A stretch of 64,000 nucleotides of DNA from a bacterium (GCA_963674595.2 CAXXFV010000027.1:1-64000); one strand, 5' to 3'. Counted from the first letter of the stretch, positions 49,736 to 62,898 are shown. The notes: a model not told the origin generated them from the letters alone. Program-made: numbers and translations.

Positions 49736-52678
49736 ATGAGGTACAAATTATTTATGAAATTAATTAAACTTTATTTAATTCTCTTTCTCTGTTTATTCCA
49801 TGAATTTGTTATTCCGATCTATGGACAAACAGTCACAGAAACGAAATCCTGGTCTGATGGTGATCCTGTTTTCAACTATGCTAATTATGAAAAGGACAAG
49901 TTTAATTTCATTATAAACGATTCACTCTACTTTGCACCAACAGACAGCATAACCAGCAATGATGATTCTTTACACATCATTTTGGATGGTATTAACTGGA
50001 CATGGCCGAGACAAAGTATAGACATCAGTTCGGTTGAAGATATTGATTCAAGAACTATTGGTACTCAGGACCTTTATTTGGTCACGGATGCCCTGGCGAG
50101 ACGTGTGTTTGAAATGAATCCAAATCCGGACGATGAAAATATTGTTTGGAACTTTGGAAGTCAAAATGTTTGGGATGTTAAATATCTTGAACGTCCTGTT
50201 GATGCTGATATTTTTACAGAAAATGGACTTGTTAAAGTACTGATTACTGATCAAGGACGACATCGTGTTATCAAAGTTGACCGTCAAACTCAAAATGTTG
50301 AATGGCAATACGGTGACCCAAACGGACTCGAAGGAATTGGAGATAACCAGTTGTCCAATCCGGCAGATGCCGTTAAAATTAAGGGAACAAATGAGTTTGT
50401 CATTGCAGACCGCGGTAACAACAGAGTTATTATCGTAGCAGAGGACACAAACCAACCTGTCTGGGAGATTGATTCCAACGAATTGAATTCACCGGTAGAT
50501 GTTGAATATATACACTCTAAAAATCAGATACTTGTAACGGATCGTGGCAACCATCGTGTTATTATTGTGGATCGTGATTCGAATAATGTCGTCTGGCAGT
50601 TTGGAGAAAAGGGTGTCGCAGGAAATGATTCTCTTCATTTATCAACCCCTATTGATGCCGACACGCTGGCCAATGGCAATATTCTAATAGCTGACAGAGG
50701 AAATAATCGAATTATTGAAGTCAATCAAGATAAAGAGATTGTCTGGCAGTTTGAGCGTTCTTTAAGCGGACTTAGAGACGTCGACCGGCTTGACGATAAC
50801 CGCCATTTAGCTGTTTATCTTGACGAAGATTTAAATGCTTTTTCACCAACACGCCTGGGTTTTCAAGATTCCAGTGTCGTTTCAAAAGTCTATGATTTAA
50901 ATAAAGAAGTCGTTTTTAACCGAATTTTTTGGGATGCGGATACACTCGCCGGTATAACCTCTCTTAAAATGCAAATTCATTCTGCCAATTCGCTGGGCGA
51001 ACTGGAAATTGCACCCTGGATGGACCGGACGGGTCAACGACATATTACCATAATTCAGGTGAAAAACTAAACAGTTATCACAATGGACATCGTTTTTACC
51101 AATTTAAAGTATTTTTATCAACAAATAATCCTTTATATACACCTGTTCTTAATAATGTTCAATTAGAATACCTTTACTTTAATACGACCAAAATTCACCA
51201 TTTTTATTCTCAAAAAATCACAAATACTCCGGGAAATATTATTTCACAATGGAAACAACTCGAATTTAATACAATTCTTCCGGAAGATCGTGAAAAAAGA
51301 GATAAAATAGAACTGGAAATACAAATAGTTGATGGCGAGTCACCTTATCAAGTATTAGCCCGTTATACAGCAAGTCGTACAATAGAGCAAAACTCATACG
51401 CGCTTGATTTGGAAAGTAAACTTGAGGGAGTACAAAGTGTTACTTTACATGGTTATGCTTCCACAATAAACAGTTCTGTGGCACCAATATTGGATTACTG
51501 GAAAATTACCTGGGAATCAGTTCCAATTTCCACGTCTGAAATACGTTTTGTAAATTCAAAAGGGGCAAATGTTAATTATTATCGTGCTACGGATATATTA
51601 CCAGCCGATGAATTAAAAGTCGACAGTTTGGATATTATCCTCCAGGATAATGATCAGGCGCCGTTTAATGCGGTTATTGAGCTGCAAGCAAAAGCGCTTG
51701 TAAGCGGTGATAGTGAAAAAGTCGTTTTAAACCTGCAAACCAACGGTATGTTCTATCAGGATAATAAAATCCCGTTGCTGATAAGCAATCAGTTTACTCC
51801 AAACAATCAAATTCTTGAAGTTTTGGATAGAGATACCCTGGTAGTAACCTATTATGATGACAACCATGAAGGTGAAAGCGCATCAGACACGGTCGTTATA
51901 ATTCAAAATACGCCTGGTGAATTATATATTGAAGATAAAGAAGGAACTGTTTTAGAGGATGCTAAACTGGGTAATATTCTTTATTTCAGAATTAAAAATG
52001 AGTTTGACCAGAACCTTGATCCGTTAAAACAGGAAAGTGTAAAAATTTCCTTATTTGATCGTGCTTACCGTTGACGAAGAAGAGATTGAACTCTTTGAGA
52101 TGGAAGGCCCAGAAAGCAATCAATGGGATACAGGTGAATTTATAAGTGTTGATGGTGTGCGTATTGAAAAAAGTAATAACGGCTTTAAAGACGATGGGGC
52201 CATTCAAACTCTGCCGGGGCATCGTGTAACGGCAGAATATGAAGATAATGTTATATTAACAAAATCCGTACTTTTGCCGGATTCGGGAAGCACATCTGAT
52301 ACCTATATTTATTTAGGCGGCGCGCCGGTTACTGTTGATGTTGCGCCAAATCCGTTTTATGCAAATGAATATGATAATTTCAGGTTACGTGTTGCTTCCG
52401 CAACAGGTACTCTATCGGTCAGAAAGCTTGAAGTTTTTAACCTGGCTGGAGAACTGGTCAGATCCATTGACAGATCTCAATTAAACTTTGACACTGGATT
52501 GGATGTACCCAAAGAACGCTATGGCATTGCCGAACATTGGTGGGATTTACGAAATAACAATGGCTCAATGGTTACCAGCGGAACATATTGGGTAAAAATC
52601 CATGCGGATCTGAACCACGCAGACACAAACAAGTTTGAAAGTGTTACATTTATAAGAAAGTTTGTCCTTGTTCGTTAG
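49736..52678 (+). CDS. Large secreted NHL/beta-propeller-repeat protein with FlgD-Ig-like C-terminal domain, split by two frameshifts
   Basis: Signal peptide; repeats of L..P.D...(I/V)(T/A)D.G(N)(H/N)RVI...W(Q)FG. Frame change near 51021 gives W-M-GPDGSTTYY...; a second near 52066; tail PNPF...NLAGELVR...WDLRNNNG...SGTY...KFVLVR. Confidence 0.7.
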
Positions 52679-52710
52679 TTTTCTAATCAACTTACTTTAG
52701 TGGAGTAAGA

Positions 52711-54564
52711 ATGAATTACAATTTATTTATTAAATATAAATCTAGTTTAATCAAAACATTGATTTTACTTGCTTTTATTTTTCCGGCATTAAAATATACA
52801 GATGGAATGGCAGGAAACTCGGGCATTGGCTACAATGGCGCCTCCGTTTTTAAAAATAAGCCCGGCTGCACGTCAAGTGGCTATGGGAGAAGCGTTCACA
52901 GCGCTAGCAGATGATATTAATGTAATGCGATATAATATTGGTGCATTGAGTAATATTCAAAAAACGTCCCTGGCTATTAATTTTCATAACTGGATCGATG
53001 ACACAAAACAGGGATCTGTCGCTCTCGGTCTGCCATTATGGTATGGTACTCTTGGTGTAGAGTTGACCTATTTTGATGAAGGTGAAATTACGGAACTGGA
53101 TGAATACTTTCGGCTGACAGGTGGCAAAGGACATAGTAATGATATTTTATTTCATGCCGGATATGGATCACGCATTAAGGTATTGGACCGTATTATCAGT
53201 GTAGGAGCCGGATTTAAATTGATCAGAATGGATTTGGTTGGTCAACAGAGCACATCCTTTGCAATGGATGCCGGTGCTTATTATCAATTAAAAAATTTCT
53301 CATTCGGTGCTGTTTTCCAAAATTTGGGATATAAAAAAATAAAATTTCAAAATGAAAGCGCTTCTTTACCACAGTCGTTTAAAACAGGTGCTGCCGGCAG
53401 GTTTGCCATCGGTAAAACTCTTAATTTAAATCTGGCGTCTGATATAAAGTGGATTGCCCATGAAAAATTGCATTATGCGGTTGGTGGTGAGCTTGATATG
53501 AACCAATTATTATTTCTTCGTGCCGGATATCAATTTCAAGACACATCGCCGACACCATTATCAATGGGTTTTGGTATAAATATGCCCATGGCCTGGTTTG
53601 CAAATTCTCAAACACGGCTTGATTATGCCTATTCTCCCATTGATGATTTTGAAACTTCCATGCATCGCTTTTCTTTTAATTTTATTTTTGGCACCATTGA
53701 AGATAATCGATATGATGATATCAATGCTAAATTACAGGCACAACTTGAAGCTGCAAATAAAGCACGAATGGCCCTTGAAGATGCAGAAGAAAAAACAAAA
53801 CTGATGCAAAAAGAAATGGCCCGCAGGCTGGCAAATATTATGAAAATTGCCGCTGAAAGTGAAGGAAAAATTGAAGTTGAAGAAAAGGAAAACAAACGAA
53901 TTCTTGTCAGTATGAGAATTAACTTTGATTTTGACAAAGCTGCCGTCCGGCAGGATGATTATCTAACAATGAAACAAGTAGGGCGAAATTCTTAACACAT
54001 ATCCTGAGGCCAAAGTCCATGTGTCCGGCCATACGGATAACATCGGGACAGACCTTTATAACGTCAGACTTTCACATCGACGGGTTGACAGTGTTATGAC
54101 CTATCTGTCACGAAAAGAAAACGTTGCTTCAAATCGATTTTTTATGCCGATAGGCTTTGGCGAATCCAAACCTATTGCTGAAAACGCAACTGCGGAAGGG
54201 CGGTTTAGAAACAGAAGAGTTGAATTTTTGCTGTTCACCTTTGACTCAAAACCGGAAGTTCCAAGCGGTTCAGCCTTGAAAACAATCTATAAAGATTACC
54301 AGGGGCATATTGTTTTAGAATGTAATGGTATTGTTGAATATACTGATAAAATATTGTCTGACCCTGATAAACTAATCATTGATTTACCCGGCATTGTCCC
54401 GTTAACAGAAGTTAAAAATTATGATTTCAATTTCGGTGCATTTATTCGTGCCCCGTGTTGGTTATCATCCGGACGAAAATTTCACACGTGTTGTGCTGGA
54501 TTTAAGCCGAGCTATTACACCACAAATTACAACACTGGAAAATTTGATTCTTATAAAGGAATAG
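52711..54564 (+). CDS. PorV/PorQ-like outer-membrane barrel fused to OmpA-like peptidoglycan-binding domain and AMIN-like tail, frameshifted
   Basis: Signal peptide; FLKISPAARQVAMGEAFTALADD; RLDYAY; INFDFDKA, GHTDNIG, N.RLSHRR, NRRVEF; TRVVLDL tail. Frame changes near 52845, 53985 and 54455. Confidence 0.7.
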
Positions 54565-54714
54565 TTTATTCTAATAAAATGGGGGTAATTCCTTTAATAC
54601 ATTACGTAAAATGAATCTCATGTTGATTTTGATATGATTTATCCTTAAGTTGGCCTTCCCTTATATATTTTAGTAATAACATATTTTAATTTTAAACGTG
54701 TATGAAATGATGTT

Positions 54715-57123
54715 ATGGGTACTGACTATATACTAAACATATAACGATTTCAACAGCGAAAATATAGATATTGTCGGCGCCAAGGCATCCAGACTTGTAC
54801 AGTTAAAAAAAGCTGGATTTACTGTTCCGGACTTTTTTATTCTTTCCTTTTCATGCTTTCAGAAATTTTACAAATCAAACAGATATAAAAATAAAATTCC
54901 TAAAGAGCTAAGTTTAGATTCTCATCTAAAATTTCTTGATTTTGATAAAGACTCATCTTCAAAAATGCTGGCTGTACGCTCCTCAGCTTTAAACGAAGAC
55001 GGATCGGTTTTAACATTGGCCGGTCAATTTGACACAATACTTGGAATTAATAATATTTCAGGATTATGGCAGGGCATACATAAAGTCTGGCATTCTGTTG
55101 AAAACAAAAATGCACGCTGGTATTTAAAACACTTTAACTTTCGTCAGAAAAAGTCTAAAATGGCGGTCATTGTTCAGGACATGCTGCAAGCTGACTATGC
55201 CGGTGTAATTTTTACCAAACATCCCGTTCTTAGCGATCAAAATGAAATATTTGTAGAAATTACTCAAGGCGTTGGTGATAAGCTGGTTTCGCGGGCAGAT
55301 TGAACCTTTTCGGTTTACCATAAACAGGGATACTGAAAAGATTGATAACGACAGTAACATTGATCCCGATATTTTGAATTATTTTTCAAAAAATGGTCTT
55401 TTTCATGATCTTTATAAAACAGCTATGGATATTGAACATTTTTTTGAAGAAGCTCAGGACATTGAGTGGGCTGGTTAAAGACCAACAATTATTTATTCTT
55501 CAATCCCGGTCTATTCATTCTATAAAAAAGAAAAATACAATCGTTAAAGACAAAAAGGGAAAAATCTGGACGGATTATTTTTTTATAGAACGTTTTGTAG
55601 AAGGACTTTCCACCGCTTGGCTGGTCTGTTTTGGAAAAAAGCACTGTAAAAAATGCATTCAAGGAACCCTTGTGGTACCTTGGGTTTTGAAAAGGTGTTT
55701 AAATCCGGTAAAATTACCAAACTTTACAACGGAATGCCTTATACGGATATAAATGTATTTCAGAAACTCTATTCACCTGTACCTTTGTCGTTCATTTTCC
55801 GCTGATAAAATTCATTCATTACAACTTTTAAATAACAGAAAATCTTTTTTATCCGCTTTTTTTCCTTGTTTATATTTTGTTACAGTGCGAATGTTGTTTA
55901 AAGATTGGCAATGGTTGCCGGAAATTAATTTAAGAGAGTGGTATCGGTTTGTATCATCTTCAAATAAACTGATAAATAAATACCGTTCGGAAATCAGTCA
56001 TGATAAAAGTGTTTCAAAAAATGTTGAAATTATTGCCAAGTGTGAACAACTGAATGACCGTTTTCTGGCTGTTCATCGCTGGAGCATTACTTTTGCCGAT
56101 ATTTTTTATGTTCTTTTGCACAGTGTTCTCAAAAGGATTTTTCCGCAAAAAGAAAGTTTAAAGGCATTAAATGCCTTGTTAACCCGGTTTGGATAATTAT
56201 ACTATCCAGGCAAATAAACATTTATTAAAACTGGGCCGCACACCTGGGGACCGAACAGTTTGATGGTGAACAGGAAAAATTTTTACAAATTCATGGGCAT
56301 CGTTCGGAAAGTCTGGATATTGCCAAATCATCCTGGTATGATAACCCCAAAATGATCAAGAAATATCTAAAACATATTGATTTGGAGACAATGTCCTGCT
56401 TTTTAAACCGTTTTGATGAAAAATATAAAGAGCGCAGGGAATATGAAAAGAAAGCCCTGGTTGAAATAAAACAACTCAATATACTGCAACGATTGTATTT
56501 AACGCCGCTTTACCATATTGTTCTTCGGTACAGTCAGCAATTTACACTTTTGCGAGAAAACCAGCGAAACCAGTGGCATAAAATTTTATTTATCATTCGT
56601 CAGGCTGTTCTTAATATCGGACAAGAGCTTTTAAAAGAGGGTGTTATCAGCAATGTTGATGATCTGTTTTTTCTCACTCAAAAAGAACTTTTTCAACTTT
56701 GCATGGATAAAAAGATCGATTTTATACGGATCGAAAAGCGTAAACTAGTAACAAAAAATATTGACCAAAACGAAAAAACATTCAATTCACAACAAACAAT
56801 TGTCGGTGTTGGAGTTAGTCATGGTAAAAGTTTGGGTTTTGTACGTATTGTGCGGAATTTATCCGAGGCATCTGAAGTACAGCCCGGAGAAATTTTAGTG
56901 GCCCCCGTCCGCAGACCCTTCCTGGTCTCCGTTATTTGCTGTTATATCCGGTTTGATTCTTGAAAAAGGTGGTGTTTTATCACATGCTTCCGTTGTGGCC
57001 CGTGAATTTGGTTTGCCGGCCATTACAAGCGTTGAAAATGCCACACATGTATTAAAAAATGGTGATTATATTTCTATTGATGGTGATAAAGGTACCATTG
57101 AATTAAAGGACAAAGCTGCATGA
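54715..57123 (+). CDS. PEP-utilising enzyme with PPDK/PEP-synthase ATP-grasp N-domain and C-terminal phospho-His swivel domain (rifampicin-phosphotransferase-like architecture), heavily frameshifted
   Basis: [10 protein letters not shown]...GFTVP; [10 protein letters not shown]...AGQFDT; MAVIVQ; GVGDKLVS; DIEWA; LQSR; [18 protein letters not shown]. Confidence 0.7.
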
Positions 57124-59440
57124 ACATTGATCAAATTATCGACGTACTGCAAAGAGATGAAAAGTTTTTATCCTGCGTAACACGATGGGAAAAAATTCCG
57201 GCCCAAGAAGCCCGGTTTCGTGATTTCCCGGAAAGCATTGATCCTCGACTTGCAGCAGCCTTTTACAAACATGGCATCAAACAGCTCTATACACACCAGG
57301 AACAATCCATAAAAAATATTCTCAATAAAAAGAATACGGTTATTGTTACACCTACGGCATCGGGGAAAACACTTTGTTATAACATTCCTGTTTTAAATGA
57401 AATTTTAAAAAATGAAGCGGCACGGGCCTTGTACCATGTTTCCCACCAAAGCTTTGGCCCAGGACCAGTTGGTGGAATTACAACGTGTTGTTGATTTATT
57501 GGAAGGTTCCATTTCTTTTGATATAAAGACCTATACTTTTGACGGCGATACACCGCAAACAGCGCGAAAAAGCATCCGCAGTTCGGGGCACATTGTTGTT
57601 ACCAATCCGGATATGCTGCATAGCGGTATTTTACCGCACCATACCTTATGGGTAAAGAGCTTTTTGAAAATTTAAAATATATTGTTATAGACGAAATTCA
57701 TAATTACCGGAGGCGTTTTTTGGAAGCCATTTGGCAAATGTTCTGCGCAGATTGAAACGCATTTGCACTTTTTATAATAGCAATCCTATTTTTATTTGCT
57801 GTTCCGCAACAATTGCCAATCCTGCTGAATTGGCGGAATCTTTAACAGGCGAACCGGTACAGTTGGTTGATGAAAACGGGGCACCTCGCGGCGAAAAAAC
57901 ATTTTATTCTTTACAATCCGCCGGTTATTAACCGCGAATTGGGTATCCGGCGTTCCTATATTAAAGAAACCCAGCGCATTGCCGCTAAATTTATCACCCA
58001 AATGCAGCAAACTATTGTTTTTGTCCGATCTCGTATGAGTACTGAAATTTTATTAACCTATCTTAAAAAACACCATGCGTTCCTTTAAAAAATCTTCCCG
58101 TCTGGTGCGTGGTTACCGGGGGAGGATACTTGCCATTGCAGCGCCGGGAAATTGAACGCGGTTTACGCGATGGATCCATTATCGGCGTTGTCAGCACGAA
58201 TGCTCTTGAGTTGGGTATTGATATCGGTCAATTACAGGTCTGTGTTATTGCCGGTTATCCGGGCACAGTAGCCAGTACCCTGCAACAGGCCGGCAGGGGC
58301 AGGGCGTCGTCTCGGTGCGTCCGTATCCGTTCTTGTCGCGTCATCATCACCATTGGACCAGTATATAATTTCTAATCCTGAATACATTCTTGGCAAGTCG
58401 CCGGAAGCCGGTATTGTCGATCCTGATAATCTACTTATCCTGCTTAGTCATATAAAATGTGCGGCCTTTGAATTGCCTTTTACTTCTACAGAAAAATTCG
58501 GATTAAAGTTTAACGGATCCGGTGGATTGGACGCCACATTCGAAATTCTTGAATATCTGGAAGAGATGAATGTCATCCACCAGGCCAATGACAAATACCA
58601 CTGGATGGCGGAGACCTATCCGGCTGAAGCAGTCAGCTTGCGAAGTGCGGCTGAAGAAAACATTGTCATTATCGACAAAACCGAACCTAAAGAAAAAGTC
58701 ATCGGTGAAATTGATCTGTTTGCCGCACAATTAATGGTACACGATGAAGCTATTTATATCCACGAGGGCCAGCAGTTTCATGTAGATAAATTGGACTGGG
58801 AACGCAAAAAAGCATACATTCATAAAGTAAATGTCGATTATTATACGGATGCTCAGCTAAAATCCAACCTCAAGGTTTTGGAAGAATTTGAACAAAAAGA
58901 CGATTCAAAAGGGGGGAGGTTCGGTTATGGAGAAGTCGTGGTTACCAGTTTGGCGACCATGTATAAAAAAGTTAAATTCAATACTCATGAAAATGTCGGT
59001 GTGGGGAAAAATCAGCCTTCCGGAACTCGAACTTCACACCATGTCATTTTGGTATAGCTTTACAGATGATATTGCCCGGGAATTGGAATTGGATGAGCAG
59101 CAACTGGGAGACGGACTCAAAAGGCTTGGCCCATGTTTTATCTCATGTTGTTCCGTTGTATGTGATGGGAGATCCGCGTGACTTTTCATCTCTGCCGATG
59201 GTCCGCTCGCCTCTCTGGGAAAGGTCTACAGTGTTTATATGGGAACAATATCCGGGTGGTGTTGGTTTTAGTAAAAAATTATTTCATATTTTTCCTCAGG
59301 TATGTCGTTCCGCTATTGATTTGATTAAAGACTGCCAATGTAAAAACGGATGCCCTTCCTGTGTTGGGCCGACATTGGAGGCAGGTGAATTTAGTAAAAT
59401 AACAGCTATAAAATTACTAGAGCATATTATTTCCGAATAA
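57120..59440 (+). CDS. DEAD/DEAH-box helicase with DUF1998 (MrfA/YprA/Hrq1-like), frameshifted
   Basis: [46 protein letters not shown]-terminal [10 protein letters not shown]. Confidence 0.85.
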
Positions 59441-59453
59441 AAGATAACGTAAC

Positions 59454-60699
59454 GTGTCTTCCATAAAATCGAAATTATACGAGTTAAACAAAAACCAGAC
59501 TGGTTTTTCTCCCCCCAAAAGAAAAAATCCAACCTAATGAAAATTCTCATGTTATAGATGCTGTATTGTACTCCAACAAGTTTGGAGAATATCTGGTTCG
59601 TGAAAAAAAGTTTCTTGTTTCCTATAATCACGGTGTGCCTCTGGCAAGACTTTTTCACTGTAAATCCAAAAGAAATTGCCATTGCTTCACGGGACATGTC
59701 TTATACCGAGATGGACTCGAACTGCATTTTTATCGATACGGAAACAACAGGGCTGGCAGGGGGAACCGGTACATACGTGTTTTTAGTTGGTGTCGGCTTT
59801 TTCCAGGACAATTCTTTTCTAGTCAGACAATTTCTTTTAAAAAGTCCTGCTGATGAACAGGGCATTTGTCGAGGCGCTTGCTGAATTTTTTAAGGACAAG
59901 AACACGTTTATATCGTTTAACGGCAAATCCTACGATATTCCGCTTTTAAAAACGCGGTTTGTTTTGAATAAAACAGATATTTTTGAAACGCAACACCATT
60001 TGGATCTTTTATTTATTTCGGCGCAGACTGTGGCGAAAATCAATCGGGTCATGCTCATTATCCAATCTGGAACAGGCCGTACTGGGTTTTAAAAGAGAAA
60101 ATGATATTCCCGGCCATGAAATCCCGGAAATCTATTTTAATTTTTTAAAAACAAACGACTATCTGCCTTTAAAATCCGTTTTGCAGCATAATGTGATTGA
60201 TATCCTGAGCATGGTTTCCCTGACGACGGTTATTTGCCGGTTTATTTCTATGGAAAACCAGGATTTGGATAAAGTCGACGTGCTGAATTTAATGAAATTA
60301 TTTCATGAATTAAAACTTAACAAGGACATCTCCACTGCTTCCGCTAAAATTCCCAAAGACCATGATGATATAATACCGTTGCTGTTACTCAAAGCAAAAA
60401 GTTATAAACAAAACATGAAATATGACCTGGCCGAACAGATATGGCTGGAAATTATAGAAAACCATGCCAGGTTCGAACCTGAACCTTATATAGAACTGGC
60501 AAAATATTATGAACATAAAATACGAGCTTATGATAAAGCGCTCGATATTATTGACCGTATTTTGAAACGGATTGATATCCTTTTTGAATTAAGACCCAAT
60601 TCTATTATTAAAGAACACCGTAAAGAGCTTTTGCATCGAAAACAACGCGTTTTGGCAAAACAACAAAAAGTAAAAATGGAGAATAATATTGACACATAA
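59454..60699 (+). CDS. YprB/MrfB-like RNase-H-fold exonuclease with TPR-like tail, frameshifted; start approximate
   Basis: FIDTETTGLAGGTGT, SFNGKSYDIP, HLDL, HNVIDILS, IELAKYYEH. Confidence 0.8.
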
Positions 60700-61876
60700 A
60701 TTATACCAACAAGACAGTTATATATCAAGTTTTTCAGCAGACATTTTAGAACGAAAAATTATCAACAATCAACCGGCCGTACTTTTGGACAAAACTGCCT
60801 TTTATCCGACATCCGGCGGACAAATGAATGACAGAGGCAGGATCGATGATATTAATGTCCTTGACGTTATTATTGAGGATGATAATATCTGGCATGTGCT
60901 TGAAAAGGAGTTGACAGACAAAAATCGCGTTGAATGTAACATAGACTGGCCGCGTCGTTTTGATTTTATGCAGCAGCACACCGGTTTTCATATTTTAGCA
61001 CAATCTTTTTTGAGAACTTTAAGTGCGGAAACTGTTTCTTCTCATCTGGGTGAAGGAATGAGCACCATTGATGTGAATATTGATAACATCTCCTGGGATG
61101 CTGTTGAAAAAGTAGAAACATTATCAAACTCTGTGATATGGGAAAACAGGCCGGTACACATCGTTTGGGCCGATGAAAAGGACCTGGATAACCCGATGCT
61201 GCGAAAAGTACCGGAAAACCATGCAAAACCACGATTAATCGAAATAGAAAATTTCGATCTTGATCCCTGCGGCGGTACCCATGTCTCGCTAACAGGTCAA
61301 GTCGGACTTGTTAAAATCCTCAGTTTTGAACGAATTCGGGGATACCTGCGTTTTAACTTTGTGGCCGGTGAGAGGGCGGTCAGTACATTTCGTAAATATT
61401 TTAACGATATGCAATCCTTGTGTAAAATAATGACAACCGGTCCGGATGAAATTGTAGACAGTATCTATAAACTTTTCGTTGATTATAAATCATTATTTAA
61501 GCAAAATCAGGATCTGGAAAAAACGATTAATGATTTTTATACTAAAGGGTTGCTTGAGCAAGCACAGGAAAGTTCGGTAATATATTCAATTATTCCCAAT
61601 AAGAATATTGACGCTTTAAGAAAAATGGCCGGTGCGCTTGTAAAACAAAGTTCATCTGTTTTTCTGCTGGGATCCAATGATGAAAAAGCAGCTGTTGTGT
61701 TTGCCAGCGCTCGTAACGATTTAAACCTTAAAGACATATTTACCGAAACCATGGATTGTATTAACGGACGGGGAGGAGGCTCGCCAAATTTTTTACAAGG
61801 CGGAGGAACCGATGTTGAAAAGTTGGATGAGGCTTTGATAAATGCTCAAAAAGCAATTCTTGATATGATAAATTAA
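60689..61876 (+). CDS. Alanyl-tRNA editing protein (AlaX-L type) with DHHA1 domain
   Basis: TAFYPTSGGQ, QQHTGFH, CGGTH, GRGGG. Confidence 0.88.
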   Translation: MTHKLYQQDSYISSFSADILERKIINNQPAVLLDKTAFYPTSGGQMNDRGRIDDINVLDVIIEDDNIWHVLEKELTDKNRVECNIDWPRRFDFMQQHTGFHILAQSFLRTLSAETVSSHLGEGMSTIDVNIDNISWDAVEKVETLSNSVIWENRPVHIVWADEKDLDNPMLRKVPENHAKPRLIEIENFDLDPCGGTHVSLTGQVGLVKILSFERIRGYLRFNFVAGERAVSTFRKYFNDMQSLCKIMTTGPDEIVDSIYKLFVDYKSLFKQNQDLEKTINDFYTKGLLEQAQESSVIYSIIPNKNIDALRKMAGALVKQSSSVFLLGSNDEKAAVVFASARNDLNLKDIFTETMDCINGRGGGSPNFLQGGGTDVEKLDEALINAQKAILDMIN

Positions 61877-61932
61877 GTCTTTATTCTTTATGAACCAATT
61901 TCATAAAATTTCTTAACCTTTCCGGAGGAACA

Positions 61933-62889
61933 ATGAACAAAACAGTGCTCCTGATAATATCCTTAATGTTATCCCTGACAACAAATCCAATTTGGGCGCA
62001 AAATCAATCCAAAGCAAAAATTGCCCTAGTTCAACTGGAACAGCTAAAGGAACAAAATCCGGATGCCTACATCAAAGCATCTTTGAATGCAATTGACAGC
62101 GCCGGAGCATTGCAGCCGGATTTGATTGTTCTTCCTGAAGCCGTCAACTATGGACCGGGTATTGACCTGCAATATGAGGACGTTGCAATTTCTCTGGAAA
62201 GTGAAACAATTAAAAAGGTGCAATTGCTGGCTGAAAAGTATCAAACCTATATTATTTATTGTTTTATAGAAAAAAATGATACGGATATTTTTAATACCGC
62301 CGCACTGTTCAATCGATCAGGAGAATTAGAGGGAGTCTATCATAAAACTCATGAACCAAGGGCCGTATTAGAGTCTCAAAAAATTACTCTGGGAGATTCT
62401 TTCCCTGTATTTAAAACGGATTTTGGCCGTATTGGAATATTAATTTGTTATGACACCATCACACCGGAGCCGGCGCAGATTTACAGTCTTTTGGGCGCTG
62501 ATATGATTGTTTTTCCGCATCTTATTTCTATTATGGGAAGAGGTGACAAATTTGCAATTCGCACCCGAACCAGAGCTTTGGACGCATGTGTTCACATCGC
62601 TTCCTGCGGCTGGGCACGACCTTTTGATGAGGGTGAACCTGGCCCTGTTTCTGCGACATGTTTTATTGACTTTAAAGGAGATGTTATTGCCCAGGCAGAC
62701 AAGGCAAAAATGGACATCGTAATGGTTGAGATGGATATTACAGAACCCTATATTACTGAAAATTTGGGTGTTTATGGAAAAGCTGAGTGGAAAAAAGTTT
62801 ATTGGGAAGAACGACGCCCGCATTTGTACAAGTTGTTAACGGAAGACAATTTAAACCGTAAAAATTGGGTTGATAAAAAAAATTATTGA
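61933..62889 (+). CDS. Carbon-nitrogen hydrolase (nitrilase superfamily) with signal peptide
   Basis: Signal peptide; E-K-C triad (LPE, YHKTH, ICYD); RRPHLY. Confidence 0.85.
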   Translation: MNKTVLLIISLMLSLTTNPIWAQNQSKAKIALVQLEQLKEQNPDAYIKASLNAIDSAGALQPDLIVLPEAVNYGPGIDLQYEDVAISLESETIKKVQLLAEKYQTYIIYCFIEKNDTDIFNTAALFNRSGELEGVYHKTHEPRAVLESQKITLGDSFPVFKTDFGRIGILICYDTITPEPAQIYSLLGADMIVFPHLISIMGRGDKFAIRTRTRALDACVHIASCGWARPFDEGEPGPVSATCFIDFKGDVIAQADKAKMDIVMVEMDITEPYITENLGVYGKAEWKKVYWEERRPHLYKLLTEDNLNRKNWVDKKNY

Positions 62890-62898
62890 GGTGCCAAT

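Noticed and set aside
50150-50800. Recurring sequence units that could suggest a DNA repeat array or CRISPR
   Set aside because: These are protein-level NHL-like repeats with degenerate codons; there are no identical direct repeats with spacers.
51000-60030. Programmed frameshifting, phase variation or alternative genetic code as the cause of the broken ORFs
   Set aside because: The breaks are frame changes rather than in-frame stops, there are many per gene, and they hit unrelated genes in one contiguous block; sequencing error is more parsimonious.
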